64,000 nt of DNA from an uncultured Flavobacteriales bacterium (GCA_963925495.1 CAWUST010000006.1:78247-142246), one strand, 5' to 3'. Positions 41,654 to 52,957 are shown, numbered from the stretch's first letter. The notes: generated from the sequence alone by a model not told the origin. Translations and numbers: made by a program.

Positions 41654-41673
41654 TTAAATAAAACAAATAAAAG

Positions 41674-42282
41674 ATGGCAAGATATAGAGGACCTAAGTCC
41701 AGAATCGCACGTAAGTTTGCAGAGCCTATTTTTGGCCCTGACAAAGTGTTAGACAGAAAAAGTTACCCACCTGGGCAACATGGACCAAACAGAAGACGTC
41801 AGAAAAAATCTGAATATTCTGTTCAATTGGCTGAAAAACAAAAAGCTAAATATACTTACGGTATTTTGGAACGTCAGTTTGCAAACTTGTTTAACAAGGC
41901 ATCTCGTTCTAAAGGAATTACTGGTGAAAACTTATTGAAACTGTGTGAATCACGATTAGACAATACTGTTTTTCGAATGGGAATTTCTCCTACTAGAGAT
42001 GGGGCTCGTCAATTAGTTTCTCACCGTCATGTTATAGTAAATGGAGGTATTGTAAATATTCCTTCATACCATGTTAGACCAGGTGATGTAGTGGGTGTTC
42101 GTGAAAAGTCAAAAGGAATGGAGGCTATTCGTAGTTCTATTGCTGGTTCAAATTCAGCAAATTTTGGTTGGATAGAATTTAACCGTGAAACTATGTCTGG
42201 AACTTTCATACAGAATCCGGAAAGAGAAGAAATTCCTGAAAATATTAAGGAACAACTTATCGTCGAATTATATTCTAAATAA
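41674..42282 (+). CDS. rpsD: 30S ribosomal protein S4
   Basis: [15 protein letters not shown]...S4 RNA-binding domain [10 protein letters not shown]. Confidence 0.97.
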   Translation: MARYRGPKSRIARKFAEPIFGPDKVLDRKSYPPGQHGPNRRRQKKSEYSVQLAEKQKAKYTYGILERQFANLFNKASRSKGITGENLLKLCESRLDNTVFRMGISPTRDGARQLVSHRHVIVNGGIVNIPSYHVRPGDVVGVREKSKGMEAIRSSIAGSNSANFGWIEFNRETMSGTFIQNPEREEIPENIKEQLIVELYSK

Positions 42283-42307
42283 AAACAATAAATCATAACA
42301 AAAAGAT

Positions 42308-43297
42308 ATGGCAATTTTAGATTTTCAAAAGCCCGACAAAGTAATTATGGTTGAGTCTGACGATAGAGTTGGACAATTTGAATTCAGACCTCTTGAACCT
42401 GGATATGGAATAACAATCGGTAATGCGCTTAGAAGGATTTTACTTTCTTCTTTAGAAGGTTTTGCAATTACAAGTATAAAAATTGATGGTGTAGATCATG
42501 AGTTTTCTACTGTAAAAGGAGTTGTAGAAGATGTTACAGAAATTATTTTAGCATTAAAACAAGTTCGATTCAAACAACAAATTGAAGACATTAATAGCGA
42601 AAGGGTGAGCGTAAAAGTTTCTGGGAAAAATGCTATTACAGCTGGCGATATTGGACAGTATACTTCTGCGTTTCAGGTTTTAAACCCGGATCACATTATT
42701 GCTACAATAGACGAAGGTTGTGAGTTTCAAATGGAACTTACTGTTGGAAAAGGACGTGGTTATGTTCCAGCTGAAGAGAACAATACTGAAGGTTCTTTGG
42801 GACTAATTCCGATAGATTCTATTTATACTCCGATTCGAAATGTAAAATATTCGGTAGAAAACTACCGTGTTGAGCAAAAAACGGATTATGAAAAGTTGGT
42901 TTTCGAAATTGAATCTGATGGATCTGTTCATCCAAAAGATGCTCTTAAAGAAGCTGCTAAAATTCTTATTCATCACTTTATGCTTTTCTCTGATGAGAAA
43001 ATTACTTTGGATACTGAAGAAAAAGCTGCTGAAGAAGAGTTTGATGAAACGTCGTTACACATGCGTCAATTGCTTAAATCAAAATTGGTTGATTTGGATT
43101 TAAGTGTTCGTGCATTGAATTGTTTAAAAGCTGCAGAGATTGATACTCTGGGTGATTTAGTTCAGTTTGATAAAAACGATATGTTGAAATTCAGAAATTT
43201 TGGTAAGAAATCACTTACTGAATTGGAAGAATTAGTTGAAAATAAAGGCTTGTCATTCGGAATGAATCTTTCGAAATATAAGTTAGATAAGGATTAA
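42308..43297 (+). CDS. rpoA: DNA-directed RNA polymerase alpha subunit
   Basis: 329 aa; [20 protein letters not shown]; [23 protein letters not shown]. Confidence 0.97.
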   Translation: MAILDFQKPDKVIMVESDDRVGQFEFRPLEPGYGITIGNALRRILLSSLEGFAITSIKIDGVDHEFSTVKGVVEDVTEIILALKQVRFKQQIEDINSERVSVKVSGKNAITAGDIGQYTSAFQVLNPDHIIATIDEGCEFQMELTVGKGRGYVPAEENNTEGSLGLIPIDSIYTPIRNVKYSVENYRVEQKTDYEKLVFEIESDGSVHPKDALKEAAKILIHHFMLFSDEKITLDTEEKAAEEEFDETSLHMRQLLKSKLVDLDLSVRALNCLKAAEIDTLGDLVQFDKNDMLKFRNFGKKSLTELEELVENKGLSFGMNLSKYKLDKD

Positions 43298-43325
43298 TAT
43301 CCATCATTATTGAATTCGAAGAAAA

Positions 43326-43937
43326 ATGAGACATAATAATAAAACCAAGAGCTTAGGTAGATTAACGGGGCACAGAAAAGCCATGTTAGCTAATATGGCA
43401 TGTTCACTTATAGAGCATAAACGTATTACTACTACTATTGCTAAAGGTAAAGTACTTCGTCGTTATATAGAACCTCTTCTTACAAAGTCAAAATCTGATA
43501 CGACTCACTCTAGACGAGTTGTATTCAGTTATCTTCAAGACAAAGAAGCTATTACTGAATTATTTGGTAACGTAGCTAGTCAAATTGCTGATCGTCCGGG
43601 TGGATATACACGCGTTATAAAAACAGGTTTCCGAGTTGGTGATGCTGCTGATATGTGTATGATTGAGTTGGTTGATTTCAACGAGATATATGGCAAAGAA
43701 GAGAAAAAGAAAACTCGAAGAGCTAGAAGAGGCGGTGCTAAAAAAGAAGCAACTTCAACTGCAGAAGCTGGAACAGTAGAAGATGCTGTTGTAGTGGAAG
43801 AAATTGCTCCTGAAACTAAAGTAGAAGAAAAATCTACTGATGTTAAGGAAGAAAAGAAACCTGTTGCAGATATAGCTAAAGAGCCTAAAGCGGAAGCTAA
43901 AGACGGAGAGGATAAAAAAGAAAAAGGAAAAGAATAA
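43326..43937 (+). CDS. rplQ: 50S ribosomal protein L17 with an ~80-aa Lys/Glu-rich C-terminal extension
   Basis: The L17 core ([20 protein letters not shown]...GGYTRVIK) ends near aa 120. It is followed by the low-complexity tail [18 protein letters not shown]...KEKGKE. Confidence 0.95.
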   Translation: MRHNNKTKSLGRLTGHRKAMLANMACSLIEHKRITTTIAKGKVLRRYIEPLLTKSKSDTTHSRRVVFSYLQDKEAITELFGNVASQIADRPGGYTRVIKTGFRVGDAADMCMIELVDFNEIYGKEEKKKTRRARRGGAKKEATSTAEAGTVEDAVVVEEIAPETKVEEKSTDVKEEKKPVADIAKEPKAEAKDGEDKKEKGKE

Positions 43938-43973
43938 AATTGATTTTCTTTAACTTATAATAATATTAAAAAA

Positions 43974-44005
43974 GGATGAAACGATAAGTTTTGTCCTTTT
44001 TTTTT
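43974..44005 (+). terminator. Rho-independent terminator of the ribosomal superoperon
   Basis: GGATGAAAC-gataa-GTTTTGTCC (9-bp stem, two G-U wobbles) followed by T9. Confidence 0.7.
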
Positions 44006-44049
44006 GGCTAAATTTTAACGAGATTTGCCGTAAATAGTGAAAGGATAAA

Positions 44050-45159
44050 ATGAAATACAAAAAGAGGCCCGATGCAGTTTTACTTCTTGATGATGGAACT
44101 GTATTTCACGGAAAGGCAGTAGGTAAAATTGGAACAGCAACAGGTGAAATTGCATTTAATACTGGTATGTATGGATATCAAGAGATTTTTACCGATCCTT
44201 CTTATTATGGACAAATTTTATTGTTAACTACCTCTCATGTGGGTAATTACGGCGTTTCTCCAGATGAAATAGAGTCTGATTCAGTGAAAATTGAGGGATT
44301 AGTTTGTAAGAAGTTTTCCGAAGATTATTCAAGACCTGCCGCAAAAGATAGTCTTCAGAATTATTTTGAAAAAAACGAAAGAGTAGGAATTTCAGATGTT
44401 GATACCAGAGCTCTTACACGTCATATTCGTTCACAAGGAGCAATGAATGCAATTGTTTCTTCTGAAATAACAGACCTGGATAAATTAAAAGCGCAGTTAA
44501 AAGAAGTGCCATCTATGGATGGACTTGAACTTTCCTCTAAGGTCTCTACTAAGGCATCATTTCTTTTAGGCAATGAGACAGCAAAATATAAGGTAGCGGT
44601 GCTGGATTTAGGAGTAAAGAAAAATATCATACGTTGTTTGGCTGAACGCGATTGTTATTTGAATGTATTTCCACATGATACTTCATTTGAAGAAATGGAG
44701 AAATGGAATCCAGATGCGTATATGCTTTCAAACGGCCCAGGAGATCCTTCCGTTATGCAAGAGCAAATACAAACTGTAGGTGAAATTGTAGATTCAGGTA
44801 AACCTACGTTTGGCATTTGTTTGGGGCATCAAGTTCTAGCTCTTAGTCAAGGGCTATCGACTTCAAAAATGCATAATGGTCATCGTGGTGCTAATCACCC
44901 GGTAAAAAACCTTGCAACAAGTCGTTGCGAAGTTACTTCCCAAAATCACGGATTTGTAGTAGATTGGGATTCCGCCAGTAAAAATGAAAATATTGAAATA
45001 ACACATCAGCATTTAAATGACGATACATTGGCTGGAATTAAAGTGCTAAATAAAAATGCCTTTTCGGTTCAATTTCACCCCGAATCGTCTGCAGGTCCTA
45101 ACGATTCAAGATATTTATTCGATCAGTTTATTAATAATATAAAAAATCACAAAGCCTAA
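44050..45159 (+). CDS. carA: Carbamoyl-phosphate synthase small (glutaminase) subunit
   Basis: 369 aa. N-terminal CPSase small-chain domain, GATase triad context GICLGHQ, HGF, FSVQFHPE. Confidence 0.95.
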   Translation: MKYKKRPDAVLLLDDGTVFHGKAVGKIGTATGEIAFNTGMYGYQEIFTDPSYYGQILLLTTSHVGNYGVSPDEIESDSVKIEGLVCKKFSEDYSRPAAKDSLQNYFEKNERVGISDVDTRALTRHIRSQGAMNAIVSSEITDLDKLKAQLKEVPSMDGLELSSKVSTKASFLLGNETAKYKVAVLDLGVKKNIIRCLAERDCYLNVFPHDTSFEEMEKWNPDAYMLSNGPGDPSVMQEQIQTVGEIVDSGKPTFGICLGHQVLALSQGLSTSKMHNGHRGANHPVKNLATSRCEVTSQNHGFVVDWDSASKNENIEITHQHLNDDTLAGIKVLNKNAFSVQFHPESSAGPNDSRYLFDQFINNIKNHKA

Positions 45160-46452
<1,293 letters not shown>

Positions 46453-46607
46453 TTTACAAAAAGTAAAATCTCTGTCAATTCTATTTTTCGAATAGCTAGG
46501 AAAATTGCCCTCGGAGTTGTATATTCGCAATAACCACATTTGTGGTCGGTTAGTCACTTATTATTACTGTAAGTTACTGATATGTAGTAAGTAACAGTTA
46601 AATTAGA

Positions 46608-47894
46608 ATGGCAGAAAAAGCGACAATTACGTACGACGGTAAATCATATGATTTTCCAGTTGTTGAAGGAACAGAACAGGAAAAAGGAATTGATATATCT
46701 AAGCTTCGTGCTCAAACGGGTTTAGTAACGCTTGATTTGGGTTTTAAAAATACAGGATCTACAAAAAGTGCCATTACTTATTTGGATGGTGAAAATGGAA
46801 TTTTAAGATACCGCGGATATTCTATCGAAGAATTGGCTGAAAGTGCTTCTTTCTTGGAAGTATCCTATTTGGTTATTTTCGGAGAATTGCCTACTAAAGA
46901 ACAGTACGAAAAATTCAATCACGACATTACTCAACATACATTAGTTCACGAGGAAATTAAAAATATATTAGACGGGTTTCCTTCTAATGCTCATCCAATG
47001 GGTGTGCTTTCTGCTTTAATTTCTTCTTTGACTGCTTTTTATCCTTCTTCATTAGATCCTAACCGTTCTGCAGATGAAGTTTACATGAGCATCATTCGAA
47101 TTGTCGCAAAACTCCCTACAATTGCTGCATGGGCGTTTAAAAACGAACTAGGGCACCCAGTGAATTATCCGGATAATAGTTTGGATTATTGCTCTAATTT
47201 CTTAAAAATGATGTTTGCCATTCCATCAGAAAAATATAAAGGTGATCCAGTAGTAACTGATGCATTAAATAAACTTTTGATTTTACATGTTGATCATGAG
47301 CAAAATTGCTCTACTTCTACTGTTCGTATTGTAGGGTCGAGTCATGCTAGTTTATATTCTTCAATTTCAGCAGGAATCTCTGCACTTTGGGGGCCACTTC
47401 ACGGTGGAGCTAATCAAGCTGTAATAGAAATGCTTGAAGAAATAAAAGCAGATGGCGGAGACGTGAATAAATTCATGGAAAAAGCCAAAGACAAAAATGA
47501 TCCTTTCAGATTAATGGGTTTTGGACACCGTGTTTATAAAAACTTTGATCCTAGAGCAAGAATTATTAAGAAAGCAGCGGATTCAGTTTTAGCTAAATTA
47601 GGTGTTAATGATCCGATTCTAGAAATTGCTAAAGGATTAGAAGAAGTTGCTTTAAAAGATCCATATTTCGTAGAACGTAAATTATACCCTAACGTAGATT
47701 TCTATTCAGGAATTATTTACAGAGCTTTAGGAATTCCGACCCAAATGTTTACTGTAATGTTTGCTTTGGGAAGATTACCAGGTTGGATAGCTCAGTGGAA
47801 AGAAATGCGTGAGAATAACGAACCAATTGGTCGTCCAAGACAAATTTATACTGGTGCTACTGAAAGGCCTTTTGTAAATATTGGAGATCGTTAG
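46608..47894 (+). CDS. gltA: Citrate synthase (type II)
   Basis: 428 aa; LILHVDHEQNCSTS, GPLHGGAN, GFGHRVYKNFDPR. Confidence 0.96.
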   Translation: MAEKATITYDGKSYDFPVVEGTEQEKGIDISKLRAQTGLVTLDLGFKNTGSTKSAITYLDGENGILRYRGYSIEELAESASFLEVSYLVIFGELPTKEQYEKFNHDITQHTLVHEEIKNILDGFPSNAHPMGVLSALISSLTAFYPSSLDPNRSADEVYMSIIRIVAKLPTIAAWAFKNELGHPVNYPDNSLDYCSNFLKMMFAIPSEKYKGDPVVTDALNKLLILHVDHEQNCSTSTVRIVGSSHASLYSSISAGISALWGPLHGGANQAVIEMLEEIKADGGDVNKFMEKAKDKNDPFRLMGFGHRVYKNFDPRARIIKKAADSVLAKLGVNDPILEIAKGLEEVALKDPYFVERKLYPNVDFYSGIIYRALGIPTQMFTVMFALGRLPGWIAQWKEMRENNEPIGRPRQIYTGATERPFVNIGDR

Positions 47895-47918
47895 TTTCTT
47901 AAAACACAAATTATTTAG

Positions 47919-47946
47919 AAGACTGCCTGTGGCGGTCTTTTCTTTG
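47919..47946. terminator. Terminator hairpin between convergent gltA and the LRR pseudogene
   Basis: AAGACTGCC-tgt-GGCGGTCTT followed by TTCTTTG. Confidence 0.55.
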
Positions 47947-47954
47947 ATTAATTG

Positions 47955-48958
47955 TTAGTAATGAATAGTCGTTTTCTTAAATGCACTATTTAACTTTTCC
48001 TTTTCTTCAAATGAAACAGGGTTTTCTTTTAGGTTAATTAATTTTAATTTCATGGTATAAAACTCATTAGGAAAAGAAGATAAGTCGTTTTTGATGAATG
48101 AAATCTCTCTAAGTTTTTCAAGCTCGACAATTTCTGGAGGAAGGTTTTTTATTTTACAATCGTCAAGAGATAGGTACTTTAGACTTTTTAAAGAACAAAG
48201 AGGTAGAAAAGATTCCGTAGAATATAAGTTGGTATGACTGACGTCCAAATATTCCAATTTAGGAAAATAACTGGGAAAGTCTGGTGTGAAATTAATGGGG
48301 TTGTCGCTGATAATTAGCTTTGTCATTCTGCTGTTAATTCTACCTAGAGGCAAAGATTCTAAGTTTGTTTGATACAAACTTAGACGTTCTAAAATTGGAG
48401 AATAACTAAAAGCAATCTTCGCTTCTTTAATGGATTTGAGTCCAAATAAAAATACACTAAACGAGTCAAGGAAAGGTCTTCAATTGGTAAAAGAGCAATG
48501 TAATTGTTGTTTAACGACAGTGTTGTCAATTCTATATATTCATTATTTATTTTAGGAAATTCAATCAGTTGTCTGAATTTTAGATAGAACTCTTTTAGGC
48601 CATTAAGACATTCCGGAGGAATTACAATTTCACTTAATTTATTATTTTTAATGCTCAAATAATACAAGTTAATTAATACTTCAGGAATGAAATTAATGGT
48701 GCTAATTTGATTTCCATCCAATATTAAAACTTGAAGGTTTTACAACTCATAGATTTCGATAGGGAAGTGCTTTAAATTTTGATTTCTAAGGTCCAGTCGA
48801 AATACTTTTTCTTTTTCATAAACTGCAATTCTGAGGTCTGTATTGACTTTTTATTCATCAGTTGATAAGTAAAAGGAAGTGTTTCCTTGGCTTAGTACTT
48901 TGGTAGATAAACCAAATAAAAAGCAGTTTCTTTGTAAGAAAATAATTATCCATTTCAT
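47955..48958 (-). pseudogene. Leucine-rich-repeat protein gene, disrupted by two in-frame TAA codons and one frameshift
   Basis: ATG at 48958 gives MKWIIIFLQRNCFLFGLSTKVLSQ... In-frame TAA at 48851-48853 and at 48740-48742. The LRR reading (LDLRNQNLKHFPIEIYEL*NLQVLILDGNQIS) continues straight through them. A frame change occurs near 48420-48432. After it, a different frame reads KIAFSYSPILERLSLYQTNLESLP and joins ORF 47955-48377. Confidence 0.65.
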
Positions 48959-48963
48959 TCGTC

Positions 48964-49575
48964 GTGAAAATAAAAATATTTTTCTTGTTATTTAATTTCT
49001 TCCTCCTATCAGGGGTTGGCTTTTACTTCCTTCCTTATAATTATCAATGCGCCATTGGAATGTGGCCCTTGGAGGTTGGTGAGGAAATAGAAAAAGACTA
49101 CGGGGATGTGATTTTAGTTCCAGGAGCTGGCTGCAACCCCGGTAGGGGAACTGAAGAAAGGTTGAATTTGGCTAGTTCTATTTATAAAAAGAAAAAGAGA
49201 AAGGTAATTATATCAGAAGGATATTGTCGCAAGTCGGAACAGCTTAGGTTTAATGAATTAATGATAAGTAGATGGCGGTTTGATCCTGAGGATATAATTT
49301 GGGATACTTTGAGTTTCAATACTGAGGAAAATATTTTACATTCTGCTCAATTATCTCAAGATCTAGGATTGGAAAATGCGATTTTATGTACATCTCCTCA
49401 TCATCAACTCAGATGTAACGTGCTGATGAGTGAGTTTTGGATTGGAAGTTTTAAAATTGCTGAAATGAAAGATTCGATGCTTGAATGTGATAAAGAACAA
49501 GTTTACTTGGACCAGAAAGGAAAAGTTTTAAAACAAGAATACCTCAAAATAATTTATGAGTTTTTTTCGCTATAA
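48964..49575 (+). CDS. DUF218/SanA-ElyC-like membrane-anchored protein (GTG start)
   Basis: N-terminal TM helix, then VILVPGAGCNPGRGTEERL...KVIISEGY and CTSPHHQLR, which resembles DUF218/YdcF-family motifs. Confidence 0.55.
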   Translation: MKIKIFFLLFNFFLLSGVGFYFLPYNYQCAIGMWPLEVGEEIEKDYGDVILVPGAGCNPGRGTEERLNLASSIYKKKKRKVIISEGYCRKSEQLRFNELMISRWRFDPEDIIWDTLSFNTEENILHSAQLSQDLGLENAILCTSPHHQLRCNVLMSEFWIGSFKIAEMKDSMLECDKEQVYLDQKGKVLKQEYLKIIYEFFSL

Positions 49576-49584
49576 GTAATAAGA

Positions 49585-50922
49585 TTAGCTCTCTTTTTTC
49601 TTTTCATTTGAAGCATTATTTTGCTCATTATTTGGTTTTCCTTTCTTTTTCCAGTTTTTGTTTTTATTCCAATTATTCTTAGAACCTCCTGAACCTTTGT
49701 TCTTATTGTAAGGTTTGTTGCCTTTTCCTTTACCTCTATTTTGATTCGCTGATTTAGCTTTTTTAATCTGGGCATCTGGGTCGTAATCTGGACCTTCGCC
49801 AATATTTGGAGGGGGGTTAAGTTTCTCTAATTTCCTTTCAATGAGCTCCTCAACGTTCATCATTTTAGGCTGGTCTTCTTCATTTACAAATGAAATGGCA
49901 GTTCCGGTTTTATCCGCTCGTGCTGTGCGACCTATTCTATGAACATAATCCGCCGCATCATTCGGCATGTCAAAATTCAGGACATGGGTTAAGTTGTTGA
50001 TATCAATTCCTCTACTGAGAACATCGGTAGCAACTAGAATTTTTATTTTTCCTGATTTAAACTCACGCAATCGTTCTGATCGAACTTCTTGCTCTCTTCC
50101 AGAGTGTAAGCTTTTGCACGAAATACCTGCTTGAATCAATTTACGTTCTATTTGATCCACCATCTCTTTTCGAGAGGCGAAAACGATCATGTTTCCAACT
50201 TCTGTATTCTTAATAATATGGACAAGTAAATCAATTTTACTTGGGTTGTAAACGTTATAAATCACTTGATTAACTCCAGCTGCTGGTTTTGCAATAGCTA
50301 GGTTTATTTGTATTGGATTATGTAAAATTTGCTTTGCAAGCACCCTTATTTGGGTTGCCATAGTTGCAGAGAACATTAGGGTTTGTCGTTTTTGTGGGCA
50401 GAGTTTTATTATTTTTTGAATGTCTTCAATAAATCCCATATCCAGCATTCTGTCTGCTTCATCTAGAATAAGTACTTCTAATTTAGATAGATCAACATAC
50501 CCAAGGTTAATATGCGCGATGAGTCTTCCCGGAGTGGCAATTAAAATATCAGCTCCTTCTTCAATTGCTCTTTTTTGAACTGAAAAATCACTTCCTGCAC
50601 CACCGCCAAAAATTGGAATAGAGCTTACTCCCGAAAAGTATCCGATTGCTTGAACCTGTTCATCTATTTGGGAAGCCAATTCCCGGGTTGGAACAATGAT
50701 TAATGTTTTAATTGTGTCGTGATCGTTTGAACTGAGCTTTTCAAGAATTGGAATTAAAAAAGCCGCAGTTTTACCTGTTCCGGTTTGAGCACACCCAATT
50801 AAGTCTTTACCTTCTAGTATGGCTGGGATGGCTTCAGCTTGTATGGGAGTACATTCTTCAAAACCCATGTAACCAACTGCATCAACTAATTCGGTAGAAA
50901 TATTTAATTCTTTAAATTTCAT
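49585..50922 (-). CDS. DEAD-box ATP-dependent RNA helicase with a Lys/Asn/Gly-rich C-terminal tail
   Basis: Q motif, AQTGTGKT, DEAD (ILDEADRM), SAT, HRIGRTARA. ATG 50922 (MKFKELNIS...) is preferred over the TTG at 50931 used by the track. Confidence 0.93.
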   Translation of the reverse strand: MKFKELNISTELVDAVGYMGFEECTPIQAEAIPAILEGKDLIGCAQTGTGKTAAFLIPILEKLSSNDHDTIKTLIIVPTRELASQIDEQVQAIGYFSGVSSIPIFGGGAGSDFSVQKRAIEEGADILIATPGRLIAHINLGYVDLSKLEVLILDEADRMLDMGFIEDIQKIIKLCPQKRQTLMFSATMATQIRVLAKQILHNPIQINLAIAKPAAGVNQVIYNVYNPSKIDLLVHIIKNTEVGNMIVFASRKEMVDQIERKLIQAGISCKSLHSGREQEVRSERLREFKSGKIKILVATDVLSRGIDINNLTHVLNFDMPNDAADYVHRIGRTARADKTGTAISFVNEEDQPKMMNVEELIERKLEKLNPPPNIGEGPDYDPDAQIKKAKSANQNRGKGKGNKPYNKNKGSGGSKNNWNKNKNWKKKGKPNNEQNNASNEKKKES

Positions 50923-51020
50923 AGAGTCCAAAGATGGGGTAAAATAGTTATGGTATCAACTCTTTTTGGAGGTGATACTAGAGTTGAAATGTTGATAGCT
51001 TTGCCTTTGCAAATGGCAAT

Positions 51021-51057
51021 AAAAAAAGTCAGATTGAAGAATTCAATCTGACTTTTT
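51021..51057. terminator. Strong symmetric hairpin with flanking A/T runs in the helicase upstream region
   Basis: AAAAAGTCAGATTGAA-gaa-TTCAATCTGACTTTTT: perfect 16-nt arms, of which 11 bp is mixed sequence. Confidence 0.5.
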
Positions 51058-51134
51058 AAATTAAAACGTGTAAAGAGAAGTTTAATTAGGAGGTAATTCT
51101 TTGTCTTTAATTTGGCCCAGTGCAATATAGGAAA

Positions 51135-51165
51135 CAAAAAAGGTCACTTTATGCGGCCTTTTTTG
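51135..51165 (-). terminator. Candidate terminator after the fad operon
   Basis: On the minus strand, AAAAAAGGCCG-cataaagt-GACCTTTTTTG, about 17 nt after the acyl-CoA dehydrogenase stop. The stem is short. Confidence 0.4.
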
Positions 51166-51181
51166 TCAAATTAATAAGAAC

Positions 51182-52957
51182 CTAATAACAATACTTATTC
51201 TCTGCAATCATTTTAATAGCAATTGTTTGTCTAGCATTTTTAGAATTAAAAGAATCAACCTTTGTAAAACGTTTCATTCCCATTAACATCATTCTCAATT
51301 CATCACCTTCACCAAACGCATTCAAAGCATCTTTACCTGCTTTGTTTATTTTGTCAGAAACATCATAAATATAGGTTTGGGCAATTGCAATTTGTTCTTG
51401 AATCTCAGAAATATCTTTTAAGGAACTCATTTTTTCAACTCTCAACAACACACTTTCTGCAGCATAAGTCCAAATGGCCATATCAGCTACATTCATTAAA
51501 ATTTCTTGCTCTTTTGATAAAGTCATCATTAGCTTTTGAGCAGCAGAACCAGCAACCATTAAAATGGCTTTTTTGAAATTTCCGATATACTTTTTTTCTT
51601 TTTCGAAAAGTGCATCTCCGGGTTCTGAAAAATCAGGAATAGACATTAATTCGTCTGCCACTTTCATAGCTGGTCCCATCAAATCCAATTGACCTTTCAT
51701 GGCTTTTTTCAATAGCATATCAACAATTAACATTCGGTTAATCTCGTTGGTACCTTCAAAGATTCGATTGATTCGAGTATCGCGATAAGCTCTGTCCATT
51801 GGAGCCTCTGCTGAAAATCCCATTCCGCCATATACTTGAACACCTTCATCAACTACATAATCAGCTACTTCAGAACCTAAGACTTTCAGTATAGCGGCTT
51901 CAGTTGCAAATTGTTCCACACCTTTTAAAATGGCTAAACCATGATCCATTCCCCCCTCTTCAAAAGATTTTATTGAGTTATCAATGTCCATGGAACACCT
52001 GTAGGTTGCAGATTCTAATACAAATGTTTGAATGGCTTGTTCTGCTAATTTGTGACGAATTGCTCCGTATTTGGAAATAACTCGACCAAATTGAGAACGC
52101 TCGTTAGAGTAATTTATTGTTGTACTAATTCCGACTTTGACTCCACCTAAACAGGCTCCGGCTAATTTCACTCGACCTATATTCAAAATATTCAAAGCAA
52201 TTTTAAATCCTTTGCCCCTTTCGGATAATAGATTTTCAACTGGAACCTTACAATCATTCAAGAATATTTGAACAGTAGAAGATCCTTTGATTCCCATCTT
52301 CTTTTCTTCTGCACCACGTGTTAAACCAGCATAGCCTCTTTCTACTATAAAAGCAGAAAGATTTTCGTCATCGTCAATCTTTGCAAAAACAGTGTATACA
52401 TCTGCAAAACCACCATTAGTAATCCACATTTTTTGTCCGTTAAGAACATAATGTTTTCCATCTTCAGATAAAACGGCTTTAGTTTTCCCTGAATTAGCAT
52501 CAGATCCAGATCCTGGCTCTGTTAAGCAGTAAGAAGCTTTCCATTCACCTTTTGCTAACTTGGGAATGTATTTTTGTTTTTGTTCCTCGTTTCCATAATA
52601 GAGAATAGGTAAGGTTCCAATTCCTGAATGAGCTGAAAATGCCACGGCAAAAGAATGTCCTGCACCTATAGCTTCTGTAACCAACATACCTGTTACAAAG
52701 TCTTTTCCGAAACCGCCATAAGCTTCAGGAACAGATATGCCAAGCATTCCTAATTCACCAGCTTTTTCTAATAAAGACGGCATTAAACCTTCTTCCATAG
52801 AATCGATTCTATCCAAATTTGGAAATATTTCTTTTTCCAAAAAATCTTGACACGTTTGAGCAATCATCTTTTGCTCTTCGTCCCACTCTTCTGGAATAAA
52901 TATATTTTTTGCTTCTGTTTCTTTTATTAGGAATTCTCCACCTTTTATTGCTTCCAT
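51182..52957 (-). CDS. fadE: Long-form acyl-CoA dehydrogenase (FadE-like, B. subtilis type)
   Basis: 591 aa. ACAD N, middle and C domains (CLTEPGSGSDA, YGGMGF...RDTRINRIFEGTNEI) plus a C-terminal extension. Last gene of the fadN-fadA-fadE arrangement. Confidence 0.85.
   Translation of the reverse strand: MEAIKGGEFLIKETEAKNIFIPEEWDEEQKMIAQTCQDFLEKEIFPNLDRIDSMEEGLMPSLLEKAGELGMLGISVPEAYGGFGKDFVTGMLVTEAIGAGHSFAVAFSAHSGIGTLPILYYGNEEQKQKYIPKLAKGEWKASYCLTEPGSGSDANSGKTKAVLSEDGKHYVLNGQKMWITNGGFADVYTVFAKIDDDENLSAFIVERGYAGLTRGAEEKKMGIKGSSTVQIFLNDCKVPVENLLSERGKGFKIALNILNIGRVKLAGACLGGVKVGISTTINYSNERSQFGRVISKYGAIRHKLAEQAIQTFVLESATYRCSMDIDNSIKSFEEGGMDHGLAILKGVEQFATEAAILKVLGSEVADYVVDEGVQVYGGMGFSAEAPMDRAYRDTRINRIFEGTNEINRMLIVDMLLKKAMKGQLDLMGPAMKVADELMSIPDFSEPGDALFEKEKKYIGNFKKAILMVAGSAAQKLMMTLSKEQEILMNVADMAIWTYAAESVLLRVEKMSSLKDISEIQEQIAIAQTYIYDVSDKINKAGKDALNAFGEGDELRMMLMGMKRFTKVDSFNSKNARQTIAIKMIAENKYCY

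Noticed and set aside
29507-43103. About 15 ORFs of 60-110 aa antisense or out of frame within ribosomal-protein genes (e.g. 29507-29797, 31078-31320, 32084-32292, 33455-33893, 34286-34859, 37903-38327, 42027-42314, 42867-43103)
   Set aside because: Each lies wholly inside a highly conserved ribosomal, secY or rpoA frame. They are low-complexity translations expected by chance in AT-rich DNA.
49554-49802. 82-aa Lys-rich ORF overlapping the helicase 3' end
   Set aside because: It is an alternative frame of the low-complexity K/N/G-rich helicase tail, on the same strand, with no independent signals.
50919-51137. 72-aa minus-strand ORF upstream of the helicase
   Set aside because: It spans the hairpin and terminator elements. 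Its composition is hydrophobic and AT-biased with no start context, and it overlaps the better helicase start.
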